Below are positions 16,511 through 26,461 of a stretch of 64,000 nucleotides of DNA, one piece after another. Every line of letters starts with the position of its first letter. Position 1 is the stretch's first letter. Below the pieces are notes generated by a model that was given only the letters and a program-made list of their open reading frames with translations, ran no database searches and was not told where the DNA came from. This DNA is from Oligoflexia bacterium (GTDB lineage Bacteria; Bdellovibrionota; UBA1018): NCBI GenBank assembly GCA_031292385.1, contig JARLHE010000031.1, forward strand, positions 34,746-98,745, written 5' to 3'. A program made the position numbers and the translations under genes.

Positions 16511-18183
16511 TAAAAACTCCCCGTATCTCGATATATGCCGAGAACATCGCGCAAGGCATCACAGACCTCTTGGAGCGTGGCATAGGCGTTGACCGCCGCG
16601 ATGATCGGCTCCATGAGATTCTTTCCCGATTCAGCGGCATATTTTATGTTTCGGATCGACTCTTCAAAGGCCTGTGGCGATCTCTTCTTTCGGAGGGCCG
16701 CCAGTTTTTGGGTTTGGCGTGCCTCGAGAGATCGGTCGATATAGAGCGTATCGATCGTTCGCTTGGGCTCTTCGACCTGGAATTTATTCACGCCGACCAT
16801 GACCTTTTCTTTGATCTCGAGCTGTTTTTGAAAGTGGTACGCGCTATTGGCGATCTCGGCTTGCGGAAAGCCGCGTTCAACGGCCGCGACCATCCCGCCC
16901 ATTTCATCGATGCGCCGGATGTAATCTATCGCCTCCCGCTCGACGCGGTTGGTGAGCGTCTCCATGAAGTAGGAGCCGCCGAACGGATCGATGACATTGG
17001 GAACCCCGGTTTCCTCGGCGATGATCTGCTGGGTACGCAAAGCGATCATGACTGATTCATCGGTTGGAAGGGCGAGCGTTTCGTCCATGCTGTTGGTATG
17101 GAGCGAGTTGGTGCCGCCCATGATCGCCGCAAGCGCTTGGATGGCGACTCGAACGATGTTGTTGTACGGCTGCTGCGCGGTGAGCGAAACTCCTGCCGTT
17201 TGCGCGTGCGTTCGAAGCATCCATGATTTCGGATCTTTCGCGCCATAACGGTCTCGCATGAGCTTGGCCCAAATGCGGCGTGCGGCCCGGAACTTCGCGA
17301 TCTCTTCGAAAAAATCGTTATGGACGTCGAAAAAAAACGAAAGCCTGGGCGCGAAATCATCGATCTTCATGCCGCGCTTCAAGCAAGCGTCGACATAGCC
17401 CAAGCCGTCGGCCAAGGTGAAGGCGAGCTCTTGGACGGCGGTCGCACCGGCCTCCCGAATATGGTAGCCGCTGATGCTGACCGTGTTCCAGTTCGGATAA
17501 TGCTTCATTCCGTGTTCGATGGTGTCCACCACCAGCTCGACCGCGGGTTGAACGGGAAAAAGCCATTCCTTCTGAGCGATATATTCTTTGAGAATATCGT
17601 TCTGGAGCGTGCCGCGTACTTTTTCCTTCGGCACTCCCTGTCTTTCGGCTACCGCGAAATACATCGCGAGAATAACGATCGCCGGGCCGTTGATGGTCAT
17701 CGAGGTCGTTACATCGCCGAGAGAAATTCCGCTGAAGAGCGTCTCCATGTCCTCGATCGAGGAAACCGAAACACCGCATTTTCCGACTTCGCCGCGTCCC
17801 TTAGGGCTGTCGGCATCGTAGCCCATCAGCGTGGGCATATCGAAGGCCGTCGAAAGACCGGTTTGTCCGTGCGAAAGGAGGAGCTTGAAACGTTTATTGG
17901 TTTCCTCGGCGCTTCCGAATCCGGCGAACTGCCGCATGGTCCAGAGTTTCCCGCGGTACATGCTGCGCTGTACGCCTCGCGTGTAGGGAAATTCCCCGGG
18001 AAATCCGAGGTCCTTCATATAGTCGAAGTTTTCGGTCTCGAGATCGAGCGGAGTGGAAAGGAGCGGCACGTCCATATCGCTCCAGGTAGTGAATTTCACC
18101 GGGCGAGACGGAAATTTCTTTTCCGTATCTTTAAGCCGCTTTTCCCACTCCGAATAGGCGCTACGAATCTTATCTGAGTCCAT
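16510..18183 (-). CDS. acyl-CoA mutase large (catalytic, TIM-barrel) subunit (methylmalonyl-/isobutyryl-CoA mutase family)
   Basis: 557 aa. Conserved MCM-family blocks are present: [63 protein letters not shown] and [12 protein letters not shown]. Its stop overlaps the small-subunit start. Confidence 0.85.
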   Translation of the reverse strand: MDSDKIRSAYSEWEKRLKDTEKKFPSRPVKFTTWSDMDVPLLSTPLDLETENFDYMKDLGFPGEFPYTRGVQRSMYRGKLWTMRQFAGFGSAEETNKRFKLLLSHGQTGLSTAFDMPTLMGYDADSPKGRGEVGKCGVSVSSIEDMETLFSGISLGDVTTSMTINGPAIVILAMYFAVAERQGVPKEKVRGTLQNDILKEYIAQKEWLFPVQPAVELVVDTIEHGMKHYPNWNTVSISGYHIREAGATAVQELAFTLADGLGYVDACLKRGMKIDDFAPRLSFFFDVHNDFFEEIAKFRAARRIWAKLMRDRYGAKDPKSWMLRTHAQTAGVSLTAQQPYNNIVRVAIQALAAIMGGTNSLHTNSMDETLALPTDESVMIALRTQQIIAEETGVPNVIDPFGGSYFMETLTNRVEREAIDYIRRIDEMGGMVAAVERGFPQAEIANSAYHFQKQLEIKEKVMVGVNKFQVEEPKRTIDTLYIDRSLEARQTQKLAALRKKRSPQAFEESIRNIKYAAESGKNLMEPIIAAVNAYATLQEVCDALRDVLGIYRDTGSF

Positions 18184-19327
18184 TTAGCTCCTGTGCCGCA
18201 ATCACGATGCGCTGAATTTCCGAGGTCCCTTCGTAGATTTCCGTGATTTTGGCATCTCGGAAATTACGTTCAACCACGTATTCCTTCGTATAACCGTAGC
18301 CGCCGTGCACTTGGATGGCTTTGGTGGCGATCCAATTGCAGGCTTCCGCCGCCGCGAGTTTGGCCATGGCGGCTTCCTTCGTGTACTTGAGCCCTTGGTC
18401 TTTGCATTGCGCGGCCGACCAGGTTAGAAGCCGGGCGGCCTGAAGCCGCGTGGCCATGTCGGCGATGAAGAACTGGATGGCTTGCAGCTTCGCGATCGGC
18501 GCGCCGAATTGCTCGCGCTCGAGCGCGAATTTCTTGGAAGCATCGAAAGCGCAGCGACCGATCCCTAAGGCTTGGGCGGCAATTCCGATTCGGCCGCCGT
18601 CCAGGGTCGAGAGCGCGATCTTGAACCCTTGTCCTTCGGCGCCGAGCAGGCATTCTTGGGAGACGAAAACTTCATCGAAGAAAAGCTGTGCGGTCGACGA
18701 AGCCGTAATTCCGAGCTTATGCTCGACCTTCGCGACGGAGTAACCTTTGCTCTTGGTGTCGACGATGAAGGCGCAGATGCCCTTATGACCGATGGCCGGG
18801 TCAATGGTCGCGAACAGGACGCAATAATCCGCTTCCTTGCCGTTCGTAATCCAGTTCTTCGTTCCTTTGATCTGATAGCCGCCCGGCACTTTTTTCGCGT
18901 GGCATTTCAGATTCGCCGGATCGGATCCGTATCCCGGTTCAGAAAGCGCGAAGCAACCCAGTTTCTGGCCGCTTGCGAGGGGTTTCAGAAATTTCTCTTT
19001 TTGGGCATCAGTGCCGTAAGTGTTGATCGGCCAGCAAACGAGAGAGTTGTTCACCGACATGACGACCGCGGTTGAGGCGCAAGCAGCGGCGATTTCTTCC
19101 ATCGCCATGACGTAGGACACGGCGTCCATGCCTGATCCGCCCCATTGTTCGGGCACCATCATGCCCATCAAGCCCATTTCAGCGAGCTTTTTGATGTTTT
19201 CCATGGGGAAGTGGCCGGTTTCGTCGGCCTCTTTCGCTTTCGGGGCGATTTCCGATTGAGCGAATGAATGAATTTGCTCGAGGAGAAGTTTCTTGGATTC
19301 GTCGGTTTCTGGCCAGCCATTCATCAT
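18170..19327 (-). CDS. acyl-CoA dehydrogenase (short/branched-chain type)
   Basis: It contains the ACAD motifs GCFALSEPGYGSDPANL, GTKNWITNG and QVHGGYGYTKEYVVERNFRDAKITEIYEGTSEIQR. The track ORF extends to 19447. I chose the MMNGWPE start at 19327 because it abuts the upstream crt stop (19332) without overlap. Confidence 0.85.
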   Translation of the reverse strand: MMNGWPETDESKKLLLEQIHSFAQSEIAPKAKEADETGHFPMENIKKLAEMGLMGMMVPEQWGGSGMDAVSYVMAMEEIAAACASTAVVMSVNNSLVCWPINTYGTDAQKEKFLKPLASGQKLGCFALSEPGYGSDPANLKCHAKKVPGGYQIKGTKNWITNGKEADYCVLFATIDPAIGHKGICAFIVDTKSKGYSVAKVEHKLGITASSTAQLFFDEVFVSQECLLGAEGQGFKIALSTLDGGRIGIAAQALGIGRCAFDASKKFALEREQFGAPIAKLQAIQFFIADMATRLQAARLLTWSAAQCKDQGLKYTKEAAMAKLAAAEACNWIATKAIQVHGGYGYTKEYVVERNFRDAKITEIYEGTSEIQRIVIAAQELNGLR

Positions 19328-19331
19328 AAAT

Positions 19332-20144
19332 TCATTCTCCTTTTGAAAGACCCTGAAACGAGGGTTTTCGTTTATCGATGAACGCGCCCATTCCTTCTCT
19401 TTGATCGGTGCTTCCGAAAAGCATGCCGAAAGCGTGGGCTTCGCCATCCAGTTTCATATTGAGTCCGACCGATTCGGAAAACTCGTTCATCAGTTTTTTA
19501 GCGCACGAGATTGCCGAAGTCGACTGCGAAGCGATAGTGCGCGCGAGAGCGAGGGTCTGTTCGAAAAATTCGGCGGCCGGGTAGACATGGTTGACCAGCC
19601 CCAGAGCGAACGCCTCATCGGCTTTGATTCTCCGACCGGAGAAGATCAGCTCTTTCGCCATCGGCCAGCCGACGTATTTCGCGAGGCGCAGGGTTGCGCC
19701 GAATCCCGGGATGATTCCCAAGCCCACTTCGGGTTGACCGAAGACAGCCCGGTCGCTTGCGACGATGAAATCACAAGCGATCGCCATTTCGGTGCCGCCG
19801 CCGAGCGCGTAGCCGTTCACCGCGGCGATCGTCGGCTTGTTCATCAGCTCGAGATATTTCGTCACTTCATGCCCTAGTTGCGCGAAGAGGACGGCTTCTC
19901 CCGGCTTTTTGTCTTTCATCTCCGCGATGTCAGCACCGGCGATAAAAGCCTTCTCGCCGTCGCCAGTAAGGATGACCACGCGGGTTTCCGGATTTTCGGC
20001 TTCACGCATAAGCGCGTTTTTGAGCTCGATGAGCGTTTCGGAGTTCAACGCGTTCAGTGCGTGGGCCCGCGCGATCTTGATAACGCGGATTCCGGGATCA
20101 TGGGATTCTACGAGGATGTTTTTTTCGGTTTTATTGAGCGTCAT
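19332..20144 (-). CDS. enoyl-CoA hydratase (crotonase family)
   Basis: It carries the crotonase fold motifs (RAHALNALNSE, FIAGADIAEM, AAVNGYALGGGTEMAIACDFIVAS). The likely start is MTLNKTEK at 20144, whereas the track ORF starts at 20195. Confidence 0.85.
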   Translation of the reverse strand: MTLNKTEKNILVESHDPGIRVIKIARAHALNALNSETLIELKNALMREAENPETRVVILTGDGEKAFIAGADIAEMKDKKPGEAVLFAQLGHEVTKYLELMNKPTIAAVNGYALGGGTEMAIACDFIVASDRAVFGQPEVGLGIIPGFGATLRLAKYVGWPMAKELIFSGRRIKADEAFALGLVNHVYPAAEFFEQTLALARTIASQSTSAISCAKKLMNEFSESVGLNMKLDGEAHAFGMLFGSTDQREGMGAFIDKRKPSFQGLSKGE

Positions 20145-20982
20145 ATCGGTAGAATCCTCGGCCGGTCTTCTTGCCGAGCCAGCCAGCGGCCACATATTGC
20201 TTCAAGAGCGGGGAGGGGCGGTACTTCGAGTCGCCCAAGCCATCGTGCAGGACCTCCATGATGGCAAGGCAAGTATCGAGGCCGATGAAGTCAGCGAGGG
20301 TCAGAGGGCCCATTGGCTGATTCGTGCCGAGCTTCATCGCGGTATCGATATCTTCAACCGAGGCGACGCCTTCGTGCAGAGCCGTCACGGCTTCGTTGAT
20401 CATCGGCATGAGGATGCGATTGACCGCGAAACCCGGCTGGTCTTTGGCCTCGATGAAGGTCTTACCCATTTTTTCGGCGACCGCGCGCACCGCCGCGAAA
20501 GTTTGATCGGAAGTTTGCAGGCCGCGAATGCCTTCGACGAGCTTCATCACCGGAACCGGGTTCATGAAATGCATTCCCGCCACCTGCGTCGGGCGCCGCG
20601 TTTTCGCCGCGATCGCCGTGATGCTGATCGACGAAGTGTTCGAGGCGAGAATCGCGTGAGGAGCGCAGATCTCATCGAGCTTTTTGAAAGTCGAAAATTT
20701 GAGTTCCGGAATCTCCGCGATCGCCTCGACGACCAGGTCGACTTGTCCAAATTCGTTCATGCTTCCGACCGGATGAATCGCGTTGAGGGTTGTCTGGACT
20801 TCCGCATCCGAGATTTTTCCCTTTTCAACGAGCTTCTTCATTTGCGCGGCGATGCGCGCTTTGCCTTTTTCCGAGAATTCTTTGCTCTGGTCCGCGAGAT
20901 AAACCTCGAAGCCGGACTGCGCCGCAGTCTGTGCGATGCCCGAACCCATTTGTCCCGCGCCAACGATTCCGATTTTTTTCAT
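20131..20982 (-). CDS. 3-hydroxyacyl-CoA (3-hydroxybutyryl-CoA) dehydrogenase
   Basis: It has the NAD Rossmann motif KKIGIVGAGQMGSGIA and the HBD/HADH catalytic region (GMHFMNPVPVMKLVEGIRG). The start was chosen at MKKIG (20982). Confidence 0.85.
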   Translation of the reverse strand: MKKIGIVGAGQMGSGIAQTAAQSGFEVYLADQSKEFSEKGKARIAAQMKKLVEKGKISDAEVQTTLNAIHPVGSMNEFGQVDLVVEAIAEIPELKFSTFKKLDEICAPHAILASNTSSISITAIAAKTRRPTQVAGMHFMNPVPVMKLVEGIRGLQTSDQTFAAVRAVAEKMGKTFIEAKDQPGFAVNRILMPMINEAVTALHEGVASVEDIDTAMKLGTNQPMGPLTLADFIGLDTCLAIMEVLHDGLGDSKYRPSPLLKQYVAAGWLGKKTGRGFYRYDAQ

Positions 20983-20989
20983 AGTCATT

Positions 20990-22411
20990 TCATTTACCAA
21001 TACAAAATTCCGAGAAAATTTGCCCCAAAATATCATCAGTCGGGGTTTCTCCGATCAATGGCGCCAATCCGTGCAGGGCTTGGCGTATATCGGCGGCAAA
21101 AAGCTCAATTTCCTGTGCTTTTGCCGCTCTTTCCAGGTGTTCCAGCGCCTGATTCACGGCGGAAAGCTGGTCAAGGCGGGTTAAAAGCACCTCTCCGCGC
21201 TCTCGTTGCGTCAACTGGGAGGACGCTTGAACAATGCTTCGGACGGCCATTTCTATACCGGCGCCGTTCATGGATGAAACCTCGATCCACTGGGAGATTT
21301 GTAGTGAATTCAGAGTGAGACGAACGGCCGCACGTTGTGTCCCATCATATAAGTCGGCTTTGGTGATTACGGCGATGGTTTTGGAGGCAGGGCAGCGCAG
21401 GTTGCGCCATTGCGTGAGGATCTGTTCGGGAGGAGAGCCTGGGTCGATAATGAACAGAATCAGATCGGCCGTTCTAGCGCTTTTTTCGGAGCGACTGATT
21501 CCGATTTGTTCGATTTGATCTTCGGTTGATCGCAGGCCAGCTGTGTCTTCGAGCCGCAAAGTCACGGCCTGGTCGCCGTCTCTCAGTGTGAGTCGTTCAT
21601 GGACTACGTCACGGGTGGTGCCCGGGATATCCGAGACGATGGAGCGGTCTTCTCCAAGCAGCGCATTAAAGAAACTTGATTTACCCGCATTAGGCAAGCC
21701 GACGAACGCGACGGAAATGCCTTCCTGGATTCGTATCCCGCGTTGATAGCTGTTTTTTAACCGAAGCAATGTTTCGGTCAGAGGACCAAGCCGGGTTTTA
21801 AGCCGTGGCAGGGAGACTTCGTCCACGTCTTGATCGGAAAAGTCGATCCCGATCTCACCGAGGGCGGCAAGGGTTCTTAGGTCCTGGGCAAGTGAATGGA
21901 TGAGGCGGTTTTGGGTGCCGGAAAGCTTCTCGAGCGCGAGCGATACGGCATTGTCGTTTGCCGCCGCGATCAGATCGGCAACGGCGGCCGCCTGGCTGAG
22001 CGTGAGCTTGCCGTTTCTCACTGCCCGGAAGCTGAATTCACCCGGCAAGGCTTGTCTTGCACCGAGAGCGATCGTAGCTTCAAGAACTCGCGAAGCGACG
22101 TAGCCGCCACCGTGCAAATAGAGCTCGACCACGTCTTCCCCGGTGAAACTCGCCGGCGCGGCGAAACGGACGAACATCGCGTCATCCAGGTCTTGCCGAT
22201 GATGCAAGCGGGCGCGGTAGAACTTACGAGGCTCGGCTCGAGCGGAAAAACCCGGGCGCCGGCCGTCGGTGAGCGAGGCGAGGATCTCGAATGCACGCGG
22301 GCCGCTCAGGCGGACCAAAGCGATCGCCCCGCCCACGGCCGACGAGATCGCGACGATCGTGTCATCGGAGAGGTATTTCGAGCTATCTCGCGCTTGCGGT
22401 CGCAGGGCCAT
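20990..22411 (-). CDS. mnmE: tRNA modification GTPase MnmE (TrmE)
   Basis: 473 aa with an N-terminal THF-binding domain, G-domain motifs GLPNAGKSSFFNALL, DIPGTTRD and DTAGLR, and the C-terminal CIGK motif. Confidence 0.9.
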   Translation of the reverse strand: MALRPQARDSSKYLSDDTIVAISSAVGGAIALVRLSGPRAFEILASLTDGRRPGFSARAEPRKFYRARLHHRQDLDDAMFVRFAAPASFTGEDVVELYLHGGGYVASRVLEATIALGARQALPGEFSFRAVRNGKLTLSQAAAVADLIAAANDNAVSLALEKLSGTQNRLIHSLAQDLRTLAALGEIGIDFSDQDVDEVSLPRLKTRLGPLTETLLRLKNSYQRGIRIQEGISVAFVGLPNAGKSSFFNALLGEDRSIVSDIPGTTRDVVHERLTLRDGDQAVTLRLEDTAGLRSTEDQIEQIGISRSEKSARTADLILFIIDPGSPPEQILTQWRNLRCPASKTIAVITKADLYDGTQRAAVRLTLNSLQISQWIEVSSMNGAGIEMAVRSIVQASSQLTQRERGEVLLTRLDQLSAVNQALEHLERAAKAQEIELFAADIRQALHGLAPLIGETPTDDILGQIFSEFCIGK

Positions 22412-24008
22412 GGATATCGAGCTTCTTGTTCAGAAACCCCTGCTGAAGCACGCTCGTCGCGGCGTTGACGAGCATGTAAATCGTGAGTCCCGACGGAAGA
22501 GCCAGCATGAAGGCGCCGAAAATCACCGGCATAAGCTGCATCATCTTTTGTTGGGTCGGGTCCGTTGCAGTGTTTGGTGTCATTTTCTGCTGGAGGAACA
22601 TGAGCGCGGTCATTAGAACCGGCGTGACGTAATATGGATCGTGCGCGGAAAGGTCACGAATCCAAAACGCGAAAGGCGCGTGATAAAGCTCGATCGAGCT
22701 GTAAAGCACTCGGTAGAGCGCGAAGAATATCGGCATCTGAATGACCATCGGCAAGCAGCCCGCGACCGGGTTGTAGCCGTGCGTTCGCATCATTTCGAGG
22801 GTTCGCCGGTTGAGCTCTTCTTTGTTGTCTTTGTACTGTTCGCGAAGCTTGTTGAGCTGCGGTTGAAGGCGCGCCATCTCCTTCATGCTTTTCATGCTTT
22901 TGTAAGTCAGCGGGAAGGTGATGACCTTCAGCAGGACCGTGAGTAGGATGATCGCGATCCCGTAGTTGCGAACGTATTGGTAGAGCCATTTCAGGATGTT
23001 GAGCAATGGATACGCGATTGCCGTGAACCAGCCGAAATCGACGACGTGATCGAGGGTCGGATCCACCGCGCGCAGGGAGACGAGCTCCTTGGGCCCGAAG
23101 TAGGAACGCGTTGCGAACGAAAGTTGGCTTGAGGTCACTGGATAAACCAGGCTGATTCTTCCCCCTTGTTCATTCGGCAACGGTTGAAGCAAGGCGCGCG
23201 CTTCGATCGGGCTGTCGTTTACCAGCGCCAGGACAAAGTATCGCGTGCTCGCGCCGACGTATTTCACGGGCGTCGAAACTTGCTCGAGCTTCACGCTTTT
23301 GAGCTGTGTTCGCTCAAACGAGTTGTTCGTGAAGTAGAATAAGGAGCGATCCTTTTCTTCGGGGTCTTTCGTTTGAAGCCGCTCGGATCCGATCGACAAA
23401 AAGGCGTAGTTCGGGTGCTTGTTTTTGAAGGTAACGCGAACAGCGATGTTCAGGTACGGAGCGGCAGCGCTCCCTTCTTGACCACTGAATTCCCGCTCCA
23501 TCTTGACGTTGCCGTCTTCATAGGCCCAGATCGCGCCGTTGGCGGTGGGCTTCAGCTCGCCTTGGACATTCGCGAGATAGGCGAAGTCTTTGTCTTCAAA
23601 TGAGAGATCAATTTGGCTGGACTCGCTCGTGACTGTTTGGAGATCGACGGGCGGAGCGTCCGAAGCCAGTCCCTGGCGGTAGGTCTTGGAGGCCCATTCG
23701 GTGATGAATTCGGCCGCGTCGCCGATTCTCGCGTCGGCGATGCCCGAATGAATCGGCAGGTTCTGGGCGGGATGGTGTTCACGATTGGCTGGTGCGCTCA
23801 CCGCGGAAGAGCCAGCAGTAATGGAATGATCCGGGGAAACCTGTGCATTTTGAGCAGGGTTCTGCGCGAGGGCCTGCTTTTGCTGGGCTGAAAGCGCTTG
23901 CTGGGCGGCCTGTTTTGCCAGCATTTGCGGCTCGATGTAGAATTTTTGCCAGGCGATGAATATTCCGAAGCAGAGGCTGATCGCAAGAAGTGTGCGGCGG
24001 TCGATCAT
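22383..24008 (-). CDS. yidC: membrane protein insertase YidC
   Basis: 541 aa with an N-terminal TM, a large periplasmic domain and the conserved C-terminal 5-TM core (GWFTAIAYPL, GCLPMVIQMPIFFALY). Confidence 0.9.
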   Translation of the reverse strand: MIDRRTLLAISLCFGIFIAWQKFYIEPQMLAKQAAQQALSAQQKQALAQNPAQNAQVSPDHSITAGSSAVSAPANREHHPAQNLPIHSGIADARIGDAAEFITEWASKTYRQGLASDAPPVDLQTVTSESSQIDLSFEDKDFAYLANVQGELKPTANGAIWAYEDGNVKMEREFSGQEGSAAAPYLNIAVRVTFKNKHPNYAFLSIGSERLQTKDPEEKDRSLFYFTNNSFERTQLKSVKLEQVSTPVKYVGASTRYFVLALVNDSPIEARALLQPLPNEQGGRISLVYPVTSSQLSFATRSYFGPKELVSLRAVDPTLDHVVDFGWFTAIAYPLLNILKWLYQYVRNYGIAIILLTVLLKVITFPLTYKSMKSMKEMARLQPQLNKLREQYKDNKEELNRRTLEMMRTHGYNPVAGCLPMVIQMPIFFALYRVLYSSIELYHAPFAFWIRDLSAHDPYYVTPVLMTALMFLQQKMTPNTATDPTQQKMMQLMPVIFGAFMLALPSGLTIYMLVNAATSVLQQGFLNKKLDIHGPATASAR

Positions 24009-24292
24009 TTTAGTTTTCCATTTTCCTTATATTTACGACCCGTTGTTACCACAGGATCGTAAAAGGGGGCGCGCGAAAAGGGATGGCAGCGGGAAAAGCG
24101 TCTCACGGAGTGTAAAGTTCCCGCGAGAAGCCCGTTTTCGCGAATTGATGTGAATGCATATTCGCTGCAAGTGGGATGAAACCGGCAGCCGAACCCGAAA
24201 CCTGACAATAGATGGATCAGGGGCGATATCGCGTAGTGATAAACCTGAAAAATGAGCCAGTAGACAAAGCTGACCACATTCCAGCCCCTCAT
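24005..24292 (-). CDS. yidD: membrane protein insertion efficiency factor YidD
   Basis: 95 aa with the diagnostic CRFHPTCSEYA motif, between rnpA and yidC. Confidence 0.85.
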   Translation of the reverse strand: MRGWNVVSFVYWLIFQVYHYAISPLIHLLSGFGFGCRFHPTCSEYAFTSIRENGLLAGTLHSVRRFSRCHPFSRAPFYDPVVTTGRKYKENGKLK

Positions 24293-24690
24293 ACGGGTTT
24301 CGGCGCCTTTTTAAGATTGTTTAATGATCTTGGTAATTGCTCGTGCAGGCAGCGAGCGAGGAGCTTCGGGTAAGGAAAAAGCAGTTTGCGATGGCCAGGG
24401 ACTACAACGTTGTAGTCAAATCCGCCCAGCGCTTCGCGATAAAGGCGAAAGCTTTCGCGAATCTGACGCTTGGTTCGGTTTCGATCGAGCGAGGAGCCGC
24501 GGGCCTTTAGGGTAATACCAAGGCGAAAGTGCCCTAAGTCGTTCGGGATGCGAAAAATAGTGCATTCGCGCAACTTAATGACCTCGTTTTTGCCAAAAAA
24601 GCGTTGGTATTGCCAAGGCTGATGAAGCCGAAAGTCGTAGCCGAATGACTGAGGCGATTTTGTAGTGGAAGCCTTAGGGAGTTGCTTCAC
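24289..24690 (-). CDS. rnpA: ribonuclease P protein component
   Basis: 133 aa. It is basic, carries the RNR-like motif region (GITLKARGSSLDRNRTKRQIRE) and lies in the canonical position after rpmH. Confidence 0.85.
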   Translation of the reverse strand: MKQLPKASTTKSPQSFGYDFRLHQPWQYQRFFGKNEVIKLRECTIFRIPNDLGHFRLGITLKARGSSLDRNRTKRQIRESFRLYREALGGFDYNVVVPGHRKLLFPYPKLLARCLHEQLPRSLNNLKKAPKPV

Positions 24691-24702
24691 GCAGACGGAA
24701 GA

Positions 24703-24852
24703 TTATTTTCCGGCAACCGAAACGGTTAAGCGTTTACGACCCTTAGCACGGCGGCGCTTCAGGACCAATTTTCCGGTGGTGCTCTTCATGCGTGCGCGAA
24801 AACCGTGACGACGACGGCGCTTAGTCCTGCTGGGCTGATATGTTCTCTTCAT
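24703..24852 (-). CDS. rpmH: 50S ribosomal protein L34
   Basis: It is absent from the ORF track because it is under 60 aa. The reverse-strand translation is [49 protein letters not shown], a typical L34, followed by a TAA stop. Confidence 0.85.
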   Translation of the reverse strand: MKRTYQPSRTKRRRRHGFRARMKSTTGKLVLKRRRAKGRKRLTVSVAGK

Positions 24853-25025
24853 AAAGTTAATACCTGGTTAATACTAAAAAACTAAAAAAACGTCCTATCG
24901 GGTTGCGTAGGATTATCGAACGTCCCAATAATTGTCAAGGCGTTGTCAACCCCACCCTTGCGTGCTATCCCCAAACGCTCACTATGCGAACTTTTCTGCG
25001 AAGCGGTGCTGAAAATCAACCGAAT

Positions 25026-26447
25026 ATGCACGAGTGGCCCGAAATCTGGCAGGCCGCCTATCGGATGCTCGAGCAAGTGGTTGTTTCCAATCAGCTTGAA
25101 GCCTGGATTCAGCCGCTCCAGCTCTTGGGAACCGAGTCTTTAGAGGGTAAAATCAAAGTTCGACTGGGCGCGCCCAATGATTTTTCCGCCCAGTGGGTGC
25201 GGGACCATCACAAAACCCAAATTGAGAGCGCTTTTTCGCAAGTGACCGGCATGCCCTGTGAGCTTAGCCTTTTGGTTTCGGGCGAAATCCAAGGAGCCGA
25301 TGAGCGGCCGACCCTGCAGGAAGCGGAGCCGAAAGGGGCAAGCTCAACCTCGTTTCTTGCTCCGTTCACGCCGACGGCTTCCATGGGCGTCATTTTGAGC
25401 TCAGGCTCGCGCAATGTCTCGGGCCTTCACGATTTCGAGCTCGATCCGCGCTATACTTTCGAGACGTTCGTAGTCGGTAACAGTAATCAGTTCGCCCACG
25501 CTTCCGCTTTCGCGGTCGCCGAACAGCCCGCCCGGCAATACAACCCGCTGTTTTTGTACAGTCCGCCGGGTTTGGGAAAGACGCATCTTCTGCACGCGAT
25601 CGGCCATCATTTGATCAGGAATCGTCCGAATGCGCGCGTTGCCTATCTTTCGGCCGAAGGCTTCGTCAATGAAATGATCGATTCCCTTCAGCACGGGCGG
25701 ATGAGTCAGTTCCGCGCGAAATATCGCGATAGCTATGATTTGATTTTGATCGATGACATCCAATTCATTGCCGGGAAGACGAAGAGCGAAGAAGAGTTTT
25801 TTCACACCTTTAACGCCCTTTATAATTCCAAGCGCCAGATCGTTTTGACCTCGGATCGGGCACCCAAGGAAATTCAGGGCCTGGAAGAGCGCGTTCGAAC
25901 CCGCTTTGAGTGGGGCTTGGTTTCGGACATCACGCCGCCGGAGATCGAAACCCGAATCGCGATTTTGAAGGCGAAGGCCGAACGCGATGACATGTATTTG
26001 CCGGACGATGTGGCGACATTTCTTGCGACCCACATTAAATCGAATGTACGCGAGCTCGAAGGGCTCTTGATCAAGCTTCAAGCTCAGATGTCGTTGACCG
26101 GTGCCGAAGTTTCGCTCGAGATGGCGAAACATGAACTGAAAATCGTGGTGCCGGAAGAGAGCGCCACGGTGACGATCGATAATATCCAAGCGGCGGTCTG
26201 CAAGCATTTCAATTTGAAGACCCAAGAGCTTCGTTCCGCTTCGCGCGCCCGTAACGTCGCTATGCCTCGTCAAATCGGGATGCACCTCGTGCGCAAGTAC
26301 ACGGGTCTTGGCTTCAACGAGATCGGTCATTATTTCGGGGGAAAAGACCACTCGACCGTGATGTATGCATGTAGGAAGATCGAATCGGATCTTGAAACCG
26401 ATCCGATCGTGCGCGGCGCGGTGGAAGCAATTCAGAATCTTCTCTGA
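25026..26447 (+). CDS. dnaA: chromosomal replication initiator DnaA
   Basis: It carries the AAA+ motifs (NPLFLYSPPGLGKTHLLHAIG, Walker B LILIDDIQF, sensor/box VII) and the domain IV DNA-binding helix (RQIGMHLVRKYTGLGFNEIGHYFGGKDHSTVMYA). The start was chosen at MHEWPEIWQ (25026), whereas the track ORF begins at 24903. Confidence 0.9.
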   Translation: MHEWPEIWQAAYRMLEQVVVSNQLEAWIQPLQLLGTESLEGKIKVRLGAPNDFSAQWVRDHHKTQIESAFSQVTGMPCELSLLVSGEIQGADERPTLQEAEPKGASSTSFLAPFTPTASMGVILSSGSRNVSGLHDFELDPRYTFETFVVGNSNQFAHASAFAVAEQPARQYNPLFLYSPPGLGKTHLLHAIGHHLIRNRPNARVAYLSAEGFVNEMIDSLQHGRMSQFRAKYRDSYDLILIDDIQFIAGKTKSEEEFFHTFNALYNSKRQIVLTSDRAPKEIQGLEERVRTRFEWGLVSDITPPEIETRIAILKAKAERDDMYLPDDVATFLATHIKSNVRELEGLLIKLQAQMSLTGAEVSLEMAKHELKIVVPEESATVTIDNIQAAVCKHFNLKTQELRSASRARNVAMPRQIGMHLVRKYTGLGFNEIGHYFGGKDHSTVMYACRKIESDLETDPIVRGAVEAIQNLL

Positions 26448-26461
26448 TCGCGCGGGGACTT

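Noticed and set aside
24853-25025. Possible oriC or DnaA boxes in the rpmH-dnaA intergenic spacer.
   Set aside because: Only weak 2-3-mismatch candidates (CTATCCCCA, TTATCGAAC) are present and there is no AT-rich unwinding tract, in contrast to the strong cluster at 15564-16108.
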